A program made the position numbers and the translations under genes. This document shows positions 1 to 8,676 of a stretch of DNA of 32,000 nucleotides, piece after piece. The stretch covers positions 480,001-512,000 of the forward strand of contig CP012986.1 of NCBI GenBank assembly GCA_001761425.1. Reading direction: 5' to 3'. Under the pieces are notes generated by a model. The model did not search any database. It was not told the DNA's origin and saw only the letters and a program-made list of their open reading frames with translations. Positions within the stretch are counted from its first letter, which is position 1; every line of letters starts with the position of its first letter. Origin of the DNA: Candidatus Saccharimonadota bacterium. GTDB taxonomy: Archaea > Nanohalarchaeota > Nanosalinia > Nanosalinales > Nanosalinaceae.

Positions 1-1691
1 TCTGGGAGCTAGTCACGTTGATTGATGTCATGCTTCTCGGTCACTGGATCGAGATGAGAAGTGTTAGAAAGGCCTCGGGCGCGCTGGAGGAACTGAAAAA
101 GCTGATGCCAGATACTGCTGAGAGAATTACAGAAGGAGAGACTGAAGAGGTTAAAGTCTCAGAGCTGGAAGCCGCAGATTGCTCAAATAGAGAATCTGCT
201 TGCAGCAGCAATCCAGAGGAATGCTGCGAAGGTGATAAAGTGCTTGTCAGGCCTGGAGATTCAATACCGGCGGACGGAGAAGTTTTTGAGGGAGAGTCTT
301 CTGTCGATGAATCCATGATAACAGGTGAATCAAAACCCGTCGACAAGTCAGAGGGAGATGAGGTTATCGGAGGAACTGTCAACAAGGAAGGTTCTCTGAG
401 GATCGAGATAACTGCTACAGGAGAGGAAACTGCTCTTTCCGGCATCATGAACCTGGTGGAGGAAGCTCAGGAATCAGAATCAAGGTCTCAGAAGCTCGCG
501 GACAGGGCAGCAGGACACCTGTTCTACATCGCGCTCGGATCAGGCCTTGTAACAGGCATCGTTTGGACTCTGGCGGTTGGCTTCGGATTAACTGTCATTG
601 AACGCGTTGTGACGGTTCTCGTAATCGCCTGTCCGCATGCTCTAGGCCTTGCTGTACCGTTGGTTGTTGCTATTAATACGTCGATGGCGGCAAAAAACGG
701 TATCCTGGTGAGAGACAGGATTGCGATGGAGGAGGCGAGGAAACTGGATACAGTTATTTTTGATAAGACAGGCACTCTGACCGATGGAGAACAGTCTGTG
801 GTTGATATGGAAGCTGAGAATCGGGATGAGGCCTTGAAGAAGATGGCAGCTGCTGAATCTGATTCCGAACATGTAATCGCACAGGCGATCAGGGAGAAAG
901 CTCACGAGGAAGGCCTTGAAATTCCTGATTCCTCGAATTTTGACAGTATCTCCGGTAAAGGAGTTAGGGCAGAGGTTGAAGCCAGGGAGGTCTACGTTGG
1001 AGGCCCTAATATGCTGGAGCATCTTGGAGTCGAGAAAAAATTCGGAGACTTTGCTGATAAGTCCGGGGAGGAGGGCTATACAGTGGTCTACGTGGTTGAG
1101 GGTGACGAGGTTACGGCTGCTGTTGCTCTGGCTGATAAGATCCGTGATGAGAGCCGTGAAGCTGTTGAGGAACTTCAGGGTCGAGGCCTTGAGGTTGCGA
1201 TGCTGACTGGAGATTCTGAAGATGTTGCTGAGTCTGTCGCTGGGGAACTCGGTATTGATACCTGCTTCGCAGAAGTTTTACCGGAGGATAAGGATTCTAA
1301 GGTTCAGGAGATCCAGGATGAAGGTAAAGAGGTTGCGATGGTCGGTGACGGGGTTAACGATGCGCCAGCTCTTACAAGAGCGGACGTTGGAATCGCGATT
1401 GGTTCCGGTACTGATGTAGCGGTGGAGTCCGCGGATATCATCCTGGTGAGAAATGATCCTCTGGCGGTCGTTAGACTTCTCAACCTGTCTGATTTGAACT
1501 ACAGCAAGATGATTCAGAACCTGTTCTGGGCAACAGGGTATAATGCTCTTGCGATTCCGCTTGCAGCCGGTGTTGCAGCACCGATCGGTATCATGCTTTC
1601 GCCAGCGGTTGGAGCCGGTATAATGTCACTGTCGACTGTTATAGTTGCGATTAATGCCCAGTTGATGAGGAGAAAGAGTATCGAGGCCTAA
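1..1691 (+). CDS. P1B-type heavy-metal (copper) translocating P-type ATPase, 5' end outside window
   Basis: The frame is open from nt 3 ([15 protein letters not shown]...), so the TTG at 18 is not the true start. Motifs seen: ITGES (actuator), [13 protein letters not shown] (CPH membrane metal site, CopB-like rather than CPC), DKTGTLT phosphorylation site, [15 protein letters not shown] hinge. Confidence 0.9.
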   Translation, partial: WELVTLIDVMLLGHWIEMRSVRKASGALEELKKLMPDTAERITEGETEEVKVSELEAADCSNRESACSSNPEECCEGDKVLVRPGDSIPADGEVFEGESSVDESMITGESKPVDKSEGDEVIGGTVNKEGSLRIEITATGEETALSGIMNLVEEAQESESRSQKLADRAAGHLFYIALGSGLVTGIVWTLAVGFGLTVIERVVTVLVIACPHALGLAVPLVVAINTSMAAKNGILVRDRIAMEEARKLDTVIFDKTGTLTDGEQSVVDMEAENRDEALKKMAAAESDSEHVIAQAIREKAHEEGLEIPDSSNFDSISGKGVRAEVEAREVYVGGPNMLEHLGVEKKFGDFADKSGEEGYTVVYVVEGDEVTAAVALADKIRDESREAVEELQGRGLEVAMLTGDSEDVAESVAGELGIDTCFAEVLPEDKDSKVQEIQDEGKEVAMVGDGVNDAPALTRADVGIAIGSGTDVAVESADIILVRNDPLAVVRLLNLSDLNYSKMIQNLFWATGYNALAIPLAAGVAAPIGIMLSPAVGAGIMSLSTVIVAINAQLMRRKSIEA

Positions 1692-2902
1692 CTTCTGTAA
1701 CGGCAGTTTATCTCGTCTTTTCTGTTTTCTATGACTTCTTTCTTTTCCTCAGTGTCTTCGGGTATTATTCTTTCGCCGTATTCGCCTCCTCCGCCCGGTA
1801 TCATCACTATTTCATCGTTTCTGAACTTCCTGATAGATTCTGCCACTTCTCTATCAACCTGGGCCAGCTGCTGGATATCCTTCTCCACCAGTATATCTAT
1901 TTCAGCGCCGAACTCCTTGTTCAACGTCTCATACCTGTCCTGAACAGTCTTTGTCGTCGGAGAGGCGTGGCCTACCGTGTACTGGATAATTTTCGCTAGC
2001 GGAGGAAGATGCAGGTAATCAACACTGTAGCCAGATTCCTTGTCTGATAATTCGTTGACTCTGTCTCTAACTCCTTTCTTGATCGTTCCAGAACACTCCT
2101 GGCAGCTCCAGTCAAAATCTTTCGCTTCCTCAACTGAGTACTTCTGATGGCAGGAGTTGCACGCTGAACAGTGGTACTTTCCTTCTCGCGGGTCAAGGCC
2201 TACGTTTAACCTGAGTTCACCAGCTTTTCCTTTGAAGAGCTTTTTCAGGCCTTCAAAGCTTTCCTCTTCCAGTTCTGCACGGTTAAATTCCCGGCCTAAA
2301 CGATGTGGCCATGGAGAGTGTGCATCACTGTTCGATAGAAAGACTAAGTCTTTATGTTCTGAGATTTTGGAAGCCATCTCGGAGTCTGCGGAGAGGCCTA
2401 GCTCCAGGAAATCCAGGTTTTCGACCTGGTCGCCGTAGCATTCTTTTAACGAATCTTTCTTCCCGTAGACCGCAGTGTAGGGTGTGAATGCGTGGCAAGG
2501 CCCGATTAAACAATCGTGTTTCTTCGCGATTTCTACTATTTTCTCGCCGTTTGCTTTGATTCGAGGCCTTCCCTCTCTCCTTATATCATCGCTGAGTTCC
2601 TGGAAATCCTGGTAGGCCTTCTCTACTGTTTCAAGGTCGGGAAAGATTATCAGGTGGTGGATTCGATCTTCGTCCTCTACCTCTGTAGTGGGTAGAAACT
2701 TGATGTCTCTGTGTTTCAGGTATCCATTTTTCTCAATAGTTTCTTCTTTTACGTGTTGGAGCCACTTCGGGTTTAAGATGTCTCCGGTTCCGACCATGTC
2801 GAGGCCTTTCTTTTCTGCTTCTTCGGCGATTACAGGTATCTCCATCTCCGGGGATACTCCGCCCGAGTGTTTTCCGTGGATGTGCAGGTCGAAGTCGGTC
2901 AT
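1688..2902 (-). CDS. PHP-domain endonuclease Q-like protein (TIGR00375 family)
   Basis: 404 aa with an ATG start. The N-terminus has the PHP signature [13 protein letters not shown], with later HAFTP and SNSDAHSP histidine motifs. An internal CxxC...CxxC zinc finger is present ([10 protein letters not shown]...WSCQECSG). Length and architecture match archaeal EndoQ. The stop overlaps the convergent ATPase stop by 4 nt. Confidence 0.75.
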   Translation of the reverse strand: MTDFDLHIHGKHSGGVSPEMEIPVIAEEAEKKGLDMVGTGDILNPKWLQHVKEETIEKNGYLKHRDIKFLPTTEVEDEDRIHHLIIFPDLETVEKAYQDFQELSDDIRREGRPRIKANGEKIVEIAKKHDCLIGPCHAFTPYTAVYGKKDSLKECYGDQVENLDFLELGLSADSEMASKISEHKDLVFLSNSDAHSPWPHRLGREFNRAELEEESFEGLKKLFKGKAGELRLNVGLDPREGKYHCSACNSCHQKYSVEEAKDFDWSCQECSGTIKKGVRDRVNELSDKESGYSVDYLHLPPLAKIIQYTVGHASPTTKTVQDRYETLNKEFGAEIDILVEKDIQQLAQVDREVAESIRKFRNDEIVMIPGGGGEYGERIIPEDTEEKKEVIENRKDEINCRYRS

Positions 2903-3053
2903 CCTCTATCTGAACTGTTGAGGCCTGATTTTTTATGGATTCCTGAATCAGGTTTTTCCGATGTATCTTATCGAATCGGCTGGCTTCTCGGTTTTACAGG
3001 TAGGCCTGTTCGGGTACTTCCTCATAAAAATCTCCAGGAGAGGATAGGACACA

Positions 3054-3542
3054 GTGGACAGAAAAGAAAAGATATTTATCGCGGCCGCAGCACTCCTCAT
3101 TACCCTGGTAGCGATAACAGTCCTGACATCTCCTGATTCCAGAGAAGGCCTCGACGGCGACAGGGTTAATGCAACATTTGACATACGTGAGAAACCATGG
3201 GTGCTTCTTCAAGTCGCTGATAATGAAACAGAGAGGAGAGAAGGCCTCATGAACGTGACGGAACTCGGGAAGCACGAGGGAATGATATTCATCTACAAAA
3301 AGGAGGCTCCGAGAGGTTTCTGGATGAAAAACACGTTGATACCGCTGGACATGATATTCCTCGACGCGGACAGACAGGTCATCAACGTGGAGACGGCCTA
3401 TCCAGAGCCGAACACTTCTGAGGAAAACCTGACTCTTTACAGAAGTGAAAGGCCTGCCAAGTACGTTATAGAAGTGAACGCAGGGTTTGCGGAGAACTAT
3501 TCTGTAGAGGAAGGAGATGCTGTGGAATGGAATCAGCCCTGA
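3054..3542 (+). CDS. DUF192 domain protein with N-terminal membrane/signal helix
   Basis: GTG start preceded by AGGAG at about 3036. Hydrophobic N-terminus IFIAAAALLITLVAITVL. DUF192-like core: REGLMNV...GMIFIY...FWMKNTLIPLDMIFLD...VIEVNAG. Confidence 0.75.
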   Translation: MDRKEKIFIAAAALLITLVAITVLTSPDSREGLDGDRVNATFDIREKPWVLLQVADNETERREGLMNVTELGKHEGMIFIYKKEAPRGFWMKNTLIPLDMIFLDADRQVINVETAYPEPNTSEENLTLYRSERPAKYVIEVNAGFAENYSVEEGDAVEWNQP

Positions 3543-3559
3543 AGATTAATTTTTCTGGA

Positions 3560-5023
3560 CTAGGTGAATCTTTCGAGATCGCTCTGTGGAGCACCTGCTT
3601 TCTCCAGTATATCTTCTCTGTCGTGTCTCGAACTCAGTGAGGCCTTCTTCCAAAGCTTGTCGTCCTCAAACGCAGCGTAGGCCTCTGGTGCTTTCTTCTT
3701 GAAGAATTTCCTAGCCTTCTTCGCTTCTTTACTGTAATCGAGAATAGGTTCAGGATAGTTCCTGCCGATCCTGACCCCGCATTCCTCCTGAACTTTCTCC
3801 GGCATCTTCCACGGCTCCGCAATATACTGGTCAGGAACAGGCCTTAATTCTGGAAGGTATTTCCGGATGAACTTTCCATCAGGGTCGTTGTCCTCTACCT
3901 GTTTTGTCGGATCGTAAATCCTGTTTGCGTGGACGCCGATTAAACCGCTCTGCATCTGCCACTGGTAGTAGTTTATCGCGACATCAGCGTCTATCAGGTG
4001 TTTGTAGAAGTGATCTGCCCCAATCTTCCACCATTGCTTCAAAATATAGCTGAAAAAAGAGGCACACATAGCCCGCATCCGGAAGTTCAGCCAGCCAGTT
4101 TCCCTCAGGGCACGCATCGACGCATCTACCAGTGGATAACCTGTCTCACCTTTTTTCCAGGCCTCAACTTTCTCCTCATCGAAGTTTTCCTTGTTCAGGC
4201 CTCTGTAGACAGGGTTGATCGCCTCCCTGAACAGCTTGGAGTTAGCCTCGATTTTTCTCTGGAAATGCTTCTGCCAGACAATCCTGTCCAGAAACATCTG
4301 TACGCTTTGAACGTTTTCGACCTCGTATTTCTTTTCCTCAGCTTCTTGGTAGACCTCACGCGCCGATATACAGCCGTAACGGATGTAAGGCGAGAGATGG
4401 GACGTAGAGGCCTCCGCCTTTGAAGGGGACGAGATACAGCCTGAATACTGGCCGATTCTGTCATTGAATTCCTCTAAACGGTTTAAGGCCTCATCTCTTC
4501 CGCCCCTACCGAACTTTTCCTTGTCAGACTCGATTTCGTATTTTTCTCTGATTCTGTCTATCGATACCTCTGAACTTACTGGAGGCCTTGAAAGTTTTTC
4601 TCCTGGACTGTGAGGCCTCGAGCTGAAGTATTCGCTGATTCTTTCTTTCCAGGCCTGTCTTTCAATGTTTTCTGTGGCTGGGCTCTGGCTAAAATCTCTG
4701 TATTTTTCTCTCAGAATTTTTTCTCTTTTCTGCTGGAAATGGTTGGGGTCTCGGTTGAAGAAAATACTGTGATCTTTCGAGAGTTTTTCCAGCTTTTCTT
4801 CTGGATCTCCGTGAACCAGTGTAAGATGTGTTCCGAGCTCGGTGTACTGACGGTTCAGGTCCTTCAAAGATTCCAGGACGAACTCTATCCTCTGATCCGA
4901 GACAAGATCGTTTTCAAGCCACGAAGGATCAAATATGAAGACTGGAAAGGCCTCTTCTCCTGCCTCTGAGACAGCTCTGTTGTCGTATGCTCTGAAATCG
5001 TATCTGTGGAGGACCAGGTCCAT
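3560..5023 (-). CDS. cryptochrome/photolyase family protein (FAD-binding; subclass unresolved)
   Basis: The ORF track gives 3560..5128. I place the start at Met36 (5023, MDLVLHRYDFRAYDN...) because the longer form overlaps the upstream gene by 35 nt and photolyases begin with this beta-strand. C-terminal FAD-domain motifs: GETGYPLVDASMRAL..TGWLNFRMRAMCASF, QWQMQSG, NRIYDPTKQ. It has WQKHF where class I enzymes have WREF. Confidence 0.85.
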   Translation of the reverse strand: MDLVLHRYDFRAYDNRAVSEAGEEAFPVFIFDPSWLENDLVSDQRIEFVLESLKDLNRQYTELGTHLTLVHGDPEEKLEKLSKDHSIFFNRDPNHFQQKREKILREKYRDFSQSPATENIERQAWKERISEYFSSRPHSPGEKLSRPPVSSEVSIDRIREKYEIESDKEKFGRGGRDEALNRLEEFNDRIGQYSGCISSPSKAEASTSHLSPYIRYGCISAREVYQEAEEKKYEVENVQSVQMFLDRIVWQKHFQRKIEANSKLFREAINPVYRGLNKENFDEEKVEAWKKGETGYPLVDASMRALRETGWLNFRMRAMCASFFSYILKQWWKIGADHFYKHLIDADVAINYYQWQMQSGLIGVHANRIYDPTKQVEDNDPDGKFIRKYLPELRPVPDQYIAEPWKMPEKVQEECGVRIGRNYPEPILDYSKEAKKARKFFKKKAPEAYAAFEDDKLWKKASLSSRHDREDILEKAGAPQSDLERFT

Positions 5024-5093
5024 ATCATTTAGTGTTGGTCCTACTGTTAAATTAGAGATCAGTACCGAAATTTTTGCTGTCTGTAGATAGGCC

Positions 5094-5597
5094 TCAGCTC
5101 CATTGGTTTTCCATGTTTCCGAAGGCATGGGTCAGTGATCTTTCTGTGAACTCTGGCCGGTCTATCTCTCCTTCTGTCAGCAGTGATACTGCGCCTTTTC
5201 CCTCTCTCAGATCTTCTCCCATCACTTCTACCATGACGTCGCCGAGTTCCTTCTCCTCAAGCTTCTCTGAGATCTCTTCTGGAAGCCTGGATCTACCGCT
5301 GCCACCCTCATAGAATTTCTCGCCGTCAAAGATAGTCGACCACACTGATAGAAATACTTTACCGCCTATCTCCTCGACATAGCCCTCTACACCGACTCCC
5401 AACAAGTCTTTATCTCCCGTTTTAAAGGCCTGTCTGGCTCTTTTCTCTGCACCTTTCTTCGCCTCCTCTACTGACATCGGTTGATCAGGTGCATCTACCT
5501 TGACCGACCTGATTTCATATTCGCTGTAGAATCTTTCAGCTGACTGCTTCAAGGCCTTGACTTTAGCTTTGTTCTCTGATCCCAGGACTAGTTTCAC
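5094..5597 (-). CDS. inosine/xanthosine triphosphatase (DUF84 / YjjX-family non-canonical purine NTPase)
   Basis: 167 aa, GTG start. Colinear by eye with YjjX-type proteins: N-terminal GSENKAKVKAL, PDQPMSVEEAKKGAEKRA, GVGVEGY, C-terminal KGAVSLLTEGEIDR. Confidence 0.7.
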   Translation of the reverse strand: MKLVLGSENKAKVKALKQSAERFYSEYEIRSVKVDAPDQPMSVEEAKKGAEKRARQAFKTGDKDLLGVGVEGYVEEIGGKVFLSVWSTIFDGEKFYEGGSGRSRLPEEISEKLEEKELGDVMVEVMGEDLREGKGAVSLLTEGEIDRPEFTERSLTHAFGNMENQWS

Positions 5598-5615
5598 ACA
5601 TCGACTTTTTTGCCA

Positions 5616-5628
5616 AAAATTTATTTTC
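5616..5628. promoter_or_regulatory. shared AT-rich TATA-like box in a 53-nt divergent spacer
   Basis: aaaaatttatttt lies about 25 nt from the minus-strand start at 5597 and about 29 nt from the plus-strand ATG at 5651. That spacing is compatible with two leaderless divergent transcripts. Confidence 0.3.
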
Positions 5629-5650
5629 TCTCGGATCCCTTACGTGGTAC

Positions 5651-6475
5651 ATGAGTTCTGATTTTGGCTCTGATTTTGATGAGATGAGTGACCGGGAGAT
5701 AGCGGTTGAGCTGGATATAACCGAGGATGAAGCCAGGGATCGACGCAGGGAGTCAGGTTTCCTGAACCTGGAGGAGTTCGTGGATGATCAGGGTCCGGAA
5801 GACAGGAAACAAGTTGATCTCGAACTTGGAGAGATGGAAAGGAGGAAACTTCAGGGGTTTATGGGTGAGAAAGTAGCAGATCTTATGATGAACAGGGTTC
5901 TGGACCATATAGGCGATCACTTGAAAGATTCATGGGTTCTTAGAGACAAGCTGCATCTGATCAACGCAGATTCAAAGTTTCAGAGGTACTGGGCCTCGGG
6001 CAGACCCCGTCAGGGAGAGATCAGGATAGAGGGAAGAAACCTGAAGCATTCAGGAAATACAGAAGAGGAACTAGAAGACCATGTCAGGGAAAGATGTGCA
6101 GTTGCAGACGGCGAAATCTTCAAAAAGTTCAGAGAGGTTAGAAACCCTTTCATAGACTTCAGCTTCTACGCCGTAAAAAAAGATGGCAGAGAAGAGGTAG
6201 AGTTCAACGTTGAGGACTACTCCAGTAACAGGTTTGAAAACAGTCAGAAGCTCAGAGAAGAAATCCCGAGAATTAAGGACTTCAAGATCGTAATGATAGA
6301 GGTCAAAACCACAAAAGATAACGCAGAAAACCTTTTCTCAACCAACCAGAGAAAGGCAAAAAACATGGCCCAGAAATCCCCCTTCCTCGAATTCTTCAGC
6401 CTGAAAGTGGACAAAGAATTCCAGGAACTGGGAATACCCGAAAAATTTGACGGAGAGATCAAAAAACACTCATAG
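5651..6475 (+). CDS. hypothetical acidic protein with a possible C-terminal PD-(D/E)xK (Hjc/Mrr-like) nuclease motif
   Basis: 274 aa with acidic, halophile-like composition. The C-terminal third has FIDFSFYAV...KIVMIEVKTTKDN...STNQRKA, which resembles the D...E-x-K...Q pattern of restriction-endonuclease-fold proteins. This is motif-level evidence only. Confidence 0.55.
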   Translation: MSSDFGSDFDEMSDREIAVELDITEDEARDRRRESGFLNLEEFVDDQGPEDRKQVDLELGEMERRKLQGFMGEKVADLMMNRVLDHIGDHLKDSWVLRDKLHLINADSKFQRYWASGRPRQGEIRIEGRNLKHSGNTEEELEDHVRERCAVADGEIFKKFREVRNPFIDFSFYAVKKDGREEVEFNVEDYSSNRFENSQKLREEIPRIKDFKIVMIEVKTTKDNAENLFSTNQRKAKNMAQKSPFLEFFSLKVDKEFQELGIPEKFDGEIKKHS

Positions 6476-6542
6476 CCCCGCCTAAAAAAGTGCTCTAAAA
6501 CACTCAACCACATTCAAACCATTTTCCCACCAAAACCCAAAC

Positions 6543-7259
6543 ATGGAAACCGATAACTCGGAGGAAAGAATCAGAAACATCCATCAAGACCTTCTGGATG
6601 TGTATGGAGAACAGGGAGATCACGACGATGAAGACGGTGTCAGACAGCTCTTAATCACGATACTTTCACAGAACGTAGCGGATGAAAACACGGCAAGAGC
6701 AGCGGAAAACCTGTTCAACGACTTCAAAAACTACAGAGAGATAGAAAAGGCCTCTGTCGAAAAACTTGCGGACTCTATCAATCCTGCAGGCCTTCCGGAG
6801 ACAAAGGCGGAGAGAATCCAGAGAACCTTGAAGGCCTTGAAAAAGCATGGAGATTCAGACAACTACAGTGTAGATTTTCTCGGCGAGATGGAGGATTCAG
6901 AGGCACAGGCCTGGCTTGAAGAGATCAAAGGCATAGGCCCGAAGACAGCATCTGTTTTACTAAATTTCCATTTCGATGCAGATGTTATGCCGGTGGACAC
7001 ACACGTAGAAAGAATTTCTAAACGTTTTGGACTGATTCCGTTTTCAGCTTCAAATGAAAAAGCCCACGAGCTTCTGAACGAATCAGTTCCGCATGAAATA
7101 AAGAACAGTTTCCACATGCTGATGATTGAACACGGGAAAAACAACTGCACGGCCAGAAACCCGACTTGTGAAGACACGAAGCTGAAAAATTACTGCAGCT
7201 ATTACCAGAAAGTCAAAACCGGCGATCTAGAGCCTGAAGAGTATCCAGAAGAGGCCTGA
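6543..7259 (+). CDS. nth: endonuclease III-like HhH-GPD DNA glycosylase/lyase
   Basis: HhH motif IKGIGPKTASVLL including the catalytic-type Lys, VDTHVERI Asp motif, and a C-terminal Cys cluster CTARNPTCEDTKLKNYC. Confidence 0.85.
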   Translation: METDNSEERIRNIHQDLLDVYGEQGDHDDEDGVRQLLITILSQNVADENTARAAENLFNDFKNYREIEKASVEKLADSINPAGLPETKAERIQRTLKALKKHGDSDNYSVDFLGEMEDSEAQAWLEEIKGIGPKTASVLLNFHFDADVMPVDTHVERISKRFGLIPFSASNEKAHELLNESVPHEIKNSFHMLMIEHGKNNCTARNPTCEDTKLKNYCSYYQKVKTGDLEPEEYPEEA

Positions 7260-7262
7260 CCC

Positions 7263-7868
7263 ATGAGTATTGAAGATGCGATCGACAACTGGTCATCAGT
7301 CAAGAAATTCACAGATAGAGAAATCGAGGAGGAGAAACTGGAGAAAATTTTTGATTTGACGACGAACGCTCCGACAGCCTTTAACTTACAGCCTTACAGG
7401 TTCATCGTCCTCGACTCAGAAGAGGCTAAAGAAAAAGCCGTGAACTCCGCAATACCGATCAACAGATGGATCCAGTACGCCGACAAAATTGTTGTTCTGG
7501 TAGGGGATGAGGAGATCGATGTTAACGCTGACCAGGTTCTCAGCCATAAGCTGGAGGAAGGAAAAATCGACGAGGAGAAAGCAGAAAATCTCAGAGAGAT
7601 GTATAAGAGGTACAAGAACCGTGACGACGAGTTCATAATGGGCTGGCTCACACGGAACACGATGATTCCGGCCACATCCTTCATGCTGGCCTGTAAAAAC
7701 TTCGGAATCGGTAGCTGTCCTGTAAGAGGTTTCAGCCAGCCGAAACTTTCCGAAAAACTAGATCTGAAGGAAACTGAGAGGCCTATTTTGCTGATTCCGA
7801 TCGGTTATCCTCGTGAAGAGGACAGGAATTGGAGAAGAGATGGGGAAGAAATTTTTGAGATTCGCTAG
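7263..7868 (+). CDS. nitroreductase family protein
   Basis: 201 aa. RSVKKF-like N-terminus (WSSVKKFTDREI), APTAFNLQPYRFIVL, C-terminal LLIPIGYP. These are typical of the NAD(P)H nitroreductase fold. Confidence 0.8.
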   Translation: MSIEDAIDNWSSVKKFTDREIEEEKLEKIFDLTTNAPTAFNLQPYRFIVLDSEEAKEKAVNSAIPINRWIQYADKIVVLVGDEEIDVNADQVLSHKLEEGKIDEEKAENLREMYKRYKNRDDEFIMGWLTRNTMIPATSFMLACKNFGIGSCPVRGFSQPKLSEKLDLKETERPILLIPIGYPREEDRNWRRDGEEIFEIR

Positions 7869-8219
7869 AAGTTCGTAATTCTACTTCAGAAGGTTTCTCC
7901 TCCAGTTGAAGACTTTTTCTCGTCAGCGTAAGCCTGAAATCAAAGCCTCCCTCATCAAGCCAGATAATCCTATCACTACTTTCACACTCCTTCCGACGGT
8001 TATTTGCACCTCCCAAAAAACTACAGCATCTCTACAAAGACCTCATTCAAGAACCTCCGGTAAGTGGATTTTGCCGGGCTGAGGTGCTCAAAAAACTTTT
8101 GGAGAACCTGAAACTTTAATCAGTAACTTCTTTTCACTAGCTTCAATCTCTGATAATTTCCTAATCTTGCCAAGAGAGTTCTAGATAGTTTTTTAACGAT
8201 TGATAAACAAATCGTCAAT

Positions 8220-8369
8220 ATGCCAGAGGCGGTGGAAAAACCAGAAGACAGGGATGCAGATGAACTTCTGGAAAGATTCAAGCAGTCAGCGAAGGAAGCT
8301 GTAGAAGGCAAGACCTCTAAAATAGGAGAGGTCAAAGATCGGATTGAAGGAAAGAAACAGGATCACTGA
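8220..8369 (+). CDS. possible small charged protein (49 aa), not in the ORF track
   Basis: My manual translation is MPEAVEKPEDRDADELLERFKQSAKEAVEGKTSKIGEVKDRIEGKKQDH*. Its composition fits the acidic proteome better than the Ser/Leu-rich antisense ORF 8120..8335. It converges on the 8332..8670 gene and overlaps it by 38 nt, which lowers confidence. Confidence 0.25.
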   Translation: MPEAVEKPEDRDADELLERFKQSAKEAVEGKTSKIGEVKDRIEGKKQDH

Positions 8370-8670
8370 TTTTCTTCGTCAGCTTTTTAGCCTCTTTCTT
8401 GGTCAATACCGTTAAACAGTAAATCTTGCCGTTATCTTTTTCGTCGAGATATTTTCCTTCTAGGAACCATGCTCTGAAGTCACGTCCAAGATTCATCTGC
8501 AAAACAGGATTCATATTACCGGAAAGATACTTGTCAAGCGCCTGACCTGGCGAAGCACCGATACCAAGATTCTTTTCAATAGACTCAACCTTGCTGTAAA
8601 AAGTATCTCTCACCCTGCTGGAAAATCGCTCCAAATCCTCTTCCGCAGTCTCAGTGACTTTGATTTCCAT
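8332..8670 (-). CDS. RelE/ParE-superfamily-like toxin-fold protein
   Basis: 112 aa. The N-terminus IKVTETAEEDLERFSSRVRDTFYSKVESIEKN parallels the canonical 'xxFSxxAxKDLKKLxxxxxxRIxxxIxxLxxNP' helix pair. The later LQMNLGRDFRAWFLEG...KIYCLTVLTKKEA parallels 'RxRVGDYRxIYxI...IxIxxIxHRKxxY'. Pattern-level evidence only. Confidence 0.4.
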   Translation of the reverse strand: MEIKVTETAEEDLERFSSRVRDTFYSKVESIEKNLGIGASPGQALDKYLSGNMNPVLQMNLGRDFRAWFLEGKYLDEKDNGKIYCLTVLTKKEAKKLTKKISDPVSFLQSDL

Positions 8671-8676
8671 TGATTA

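Noticed and set aside
41-448. Long antisense ORFs throughout the track, for example 41..448, 642..1022, 4195..4464, 19295..19750 (Arg/Pro-rich), 19390..20634, 21610..22077, 22738..23094, 23833..24144, 26283..26957, 27177..27632 and 30757..31146.
   Set aside because: Each lies fully inside a well-supported gene on the opposite strand or in another frame. Their compositions are Ser/Leu/Arg-rich, unlike the acidic proteome. These are typical shadow ORFs.
5024-5128. N-terminal 35-codon extension of the first photolyase-family ORF (start at 5128).
   Set aside because: It would overlap the 3' end of the upstream YjjX-like gene by 35 nt and adds a non-homologous leader. Met36 (5023) begins the canonical photolyase N-terminal strand.
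7783-8016. 77-aa minus-strand ORF overlapping the nitroreductase 3' end; considered as a possible missing N-terminal part of the FNR-like remnant or an integrase fragment.
   Set aside because: It is on the wrong strand relative to the remnant, shows no FNR or recombinase motifs, and overlaps a confident CDS.
8121-8146. Imperfect ~19-nt similarity between about 8123 (AACTTCTTTTCACTAGCTT) and about 13607 (AACTTTTTAGTAGCTTT), considered as possible att-like direct repeats flanking the island.
   Set aside because: It requires several indels and mismatches in AT-rich sequence, there is no integrase or tRNA nearby, and it is indistinguishable from chance without a statistical search.
8120-8335. 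71-aa minus-strand ORF between the island genes and the nitroreductase.
   Set aside because: It has Ser/Leu-rich, low-complexity composition and is antisense to a more protein-like acidic plus-strand ORF. I recognise no motif.
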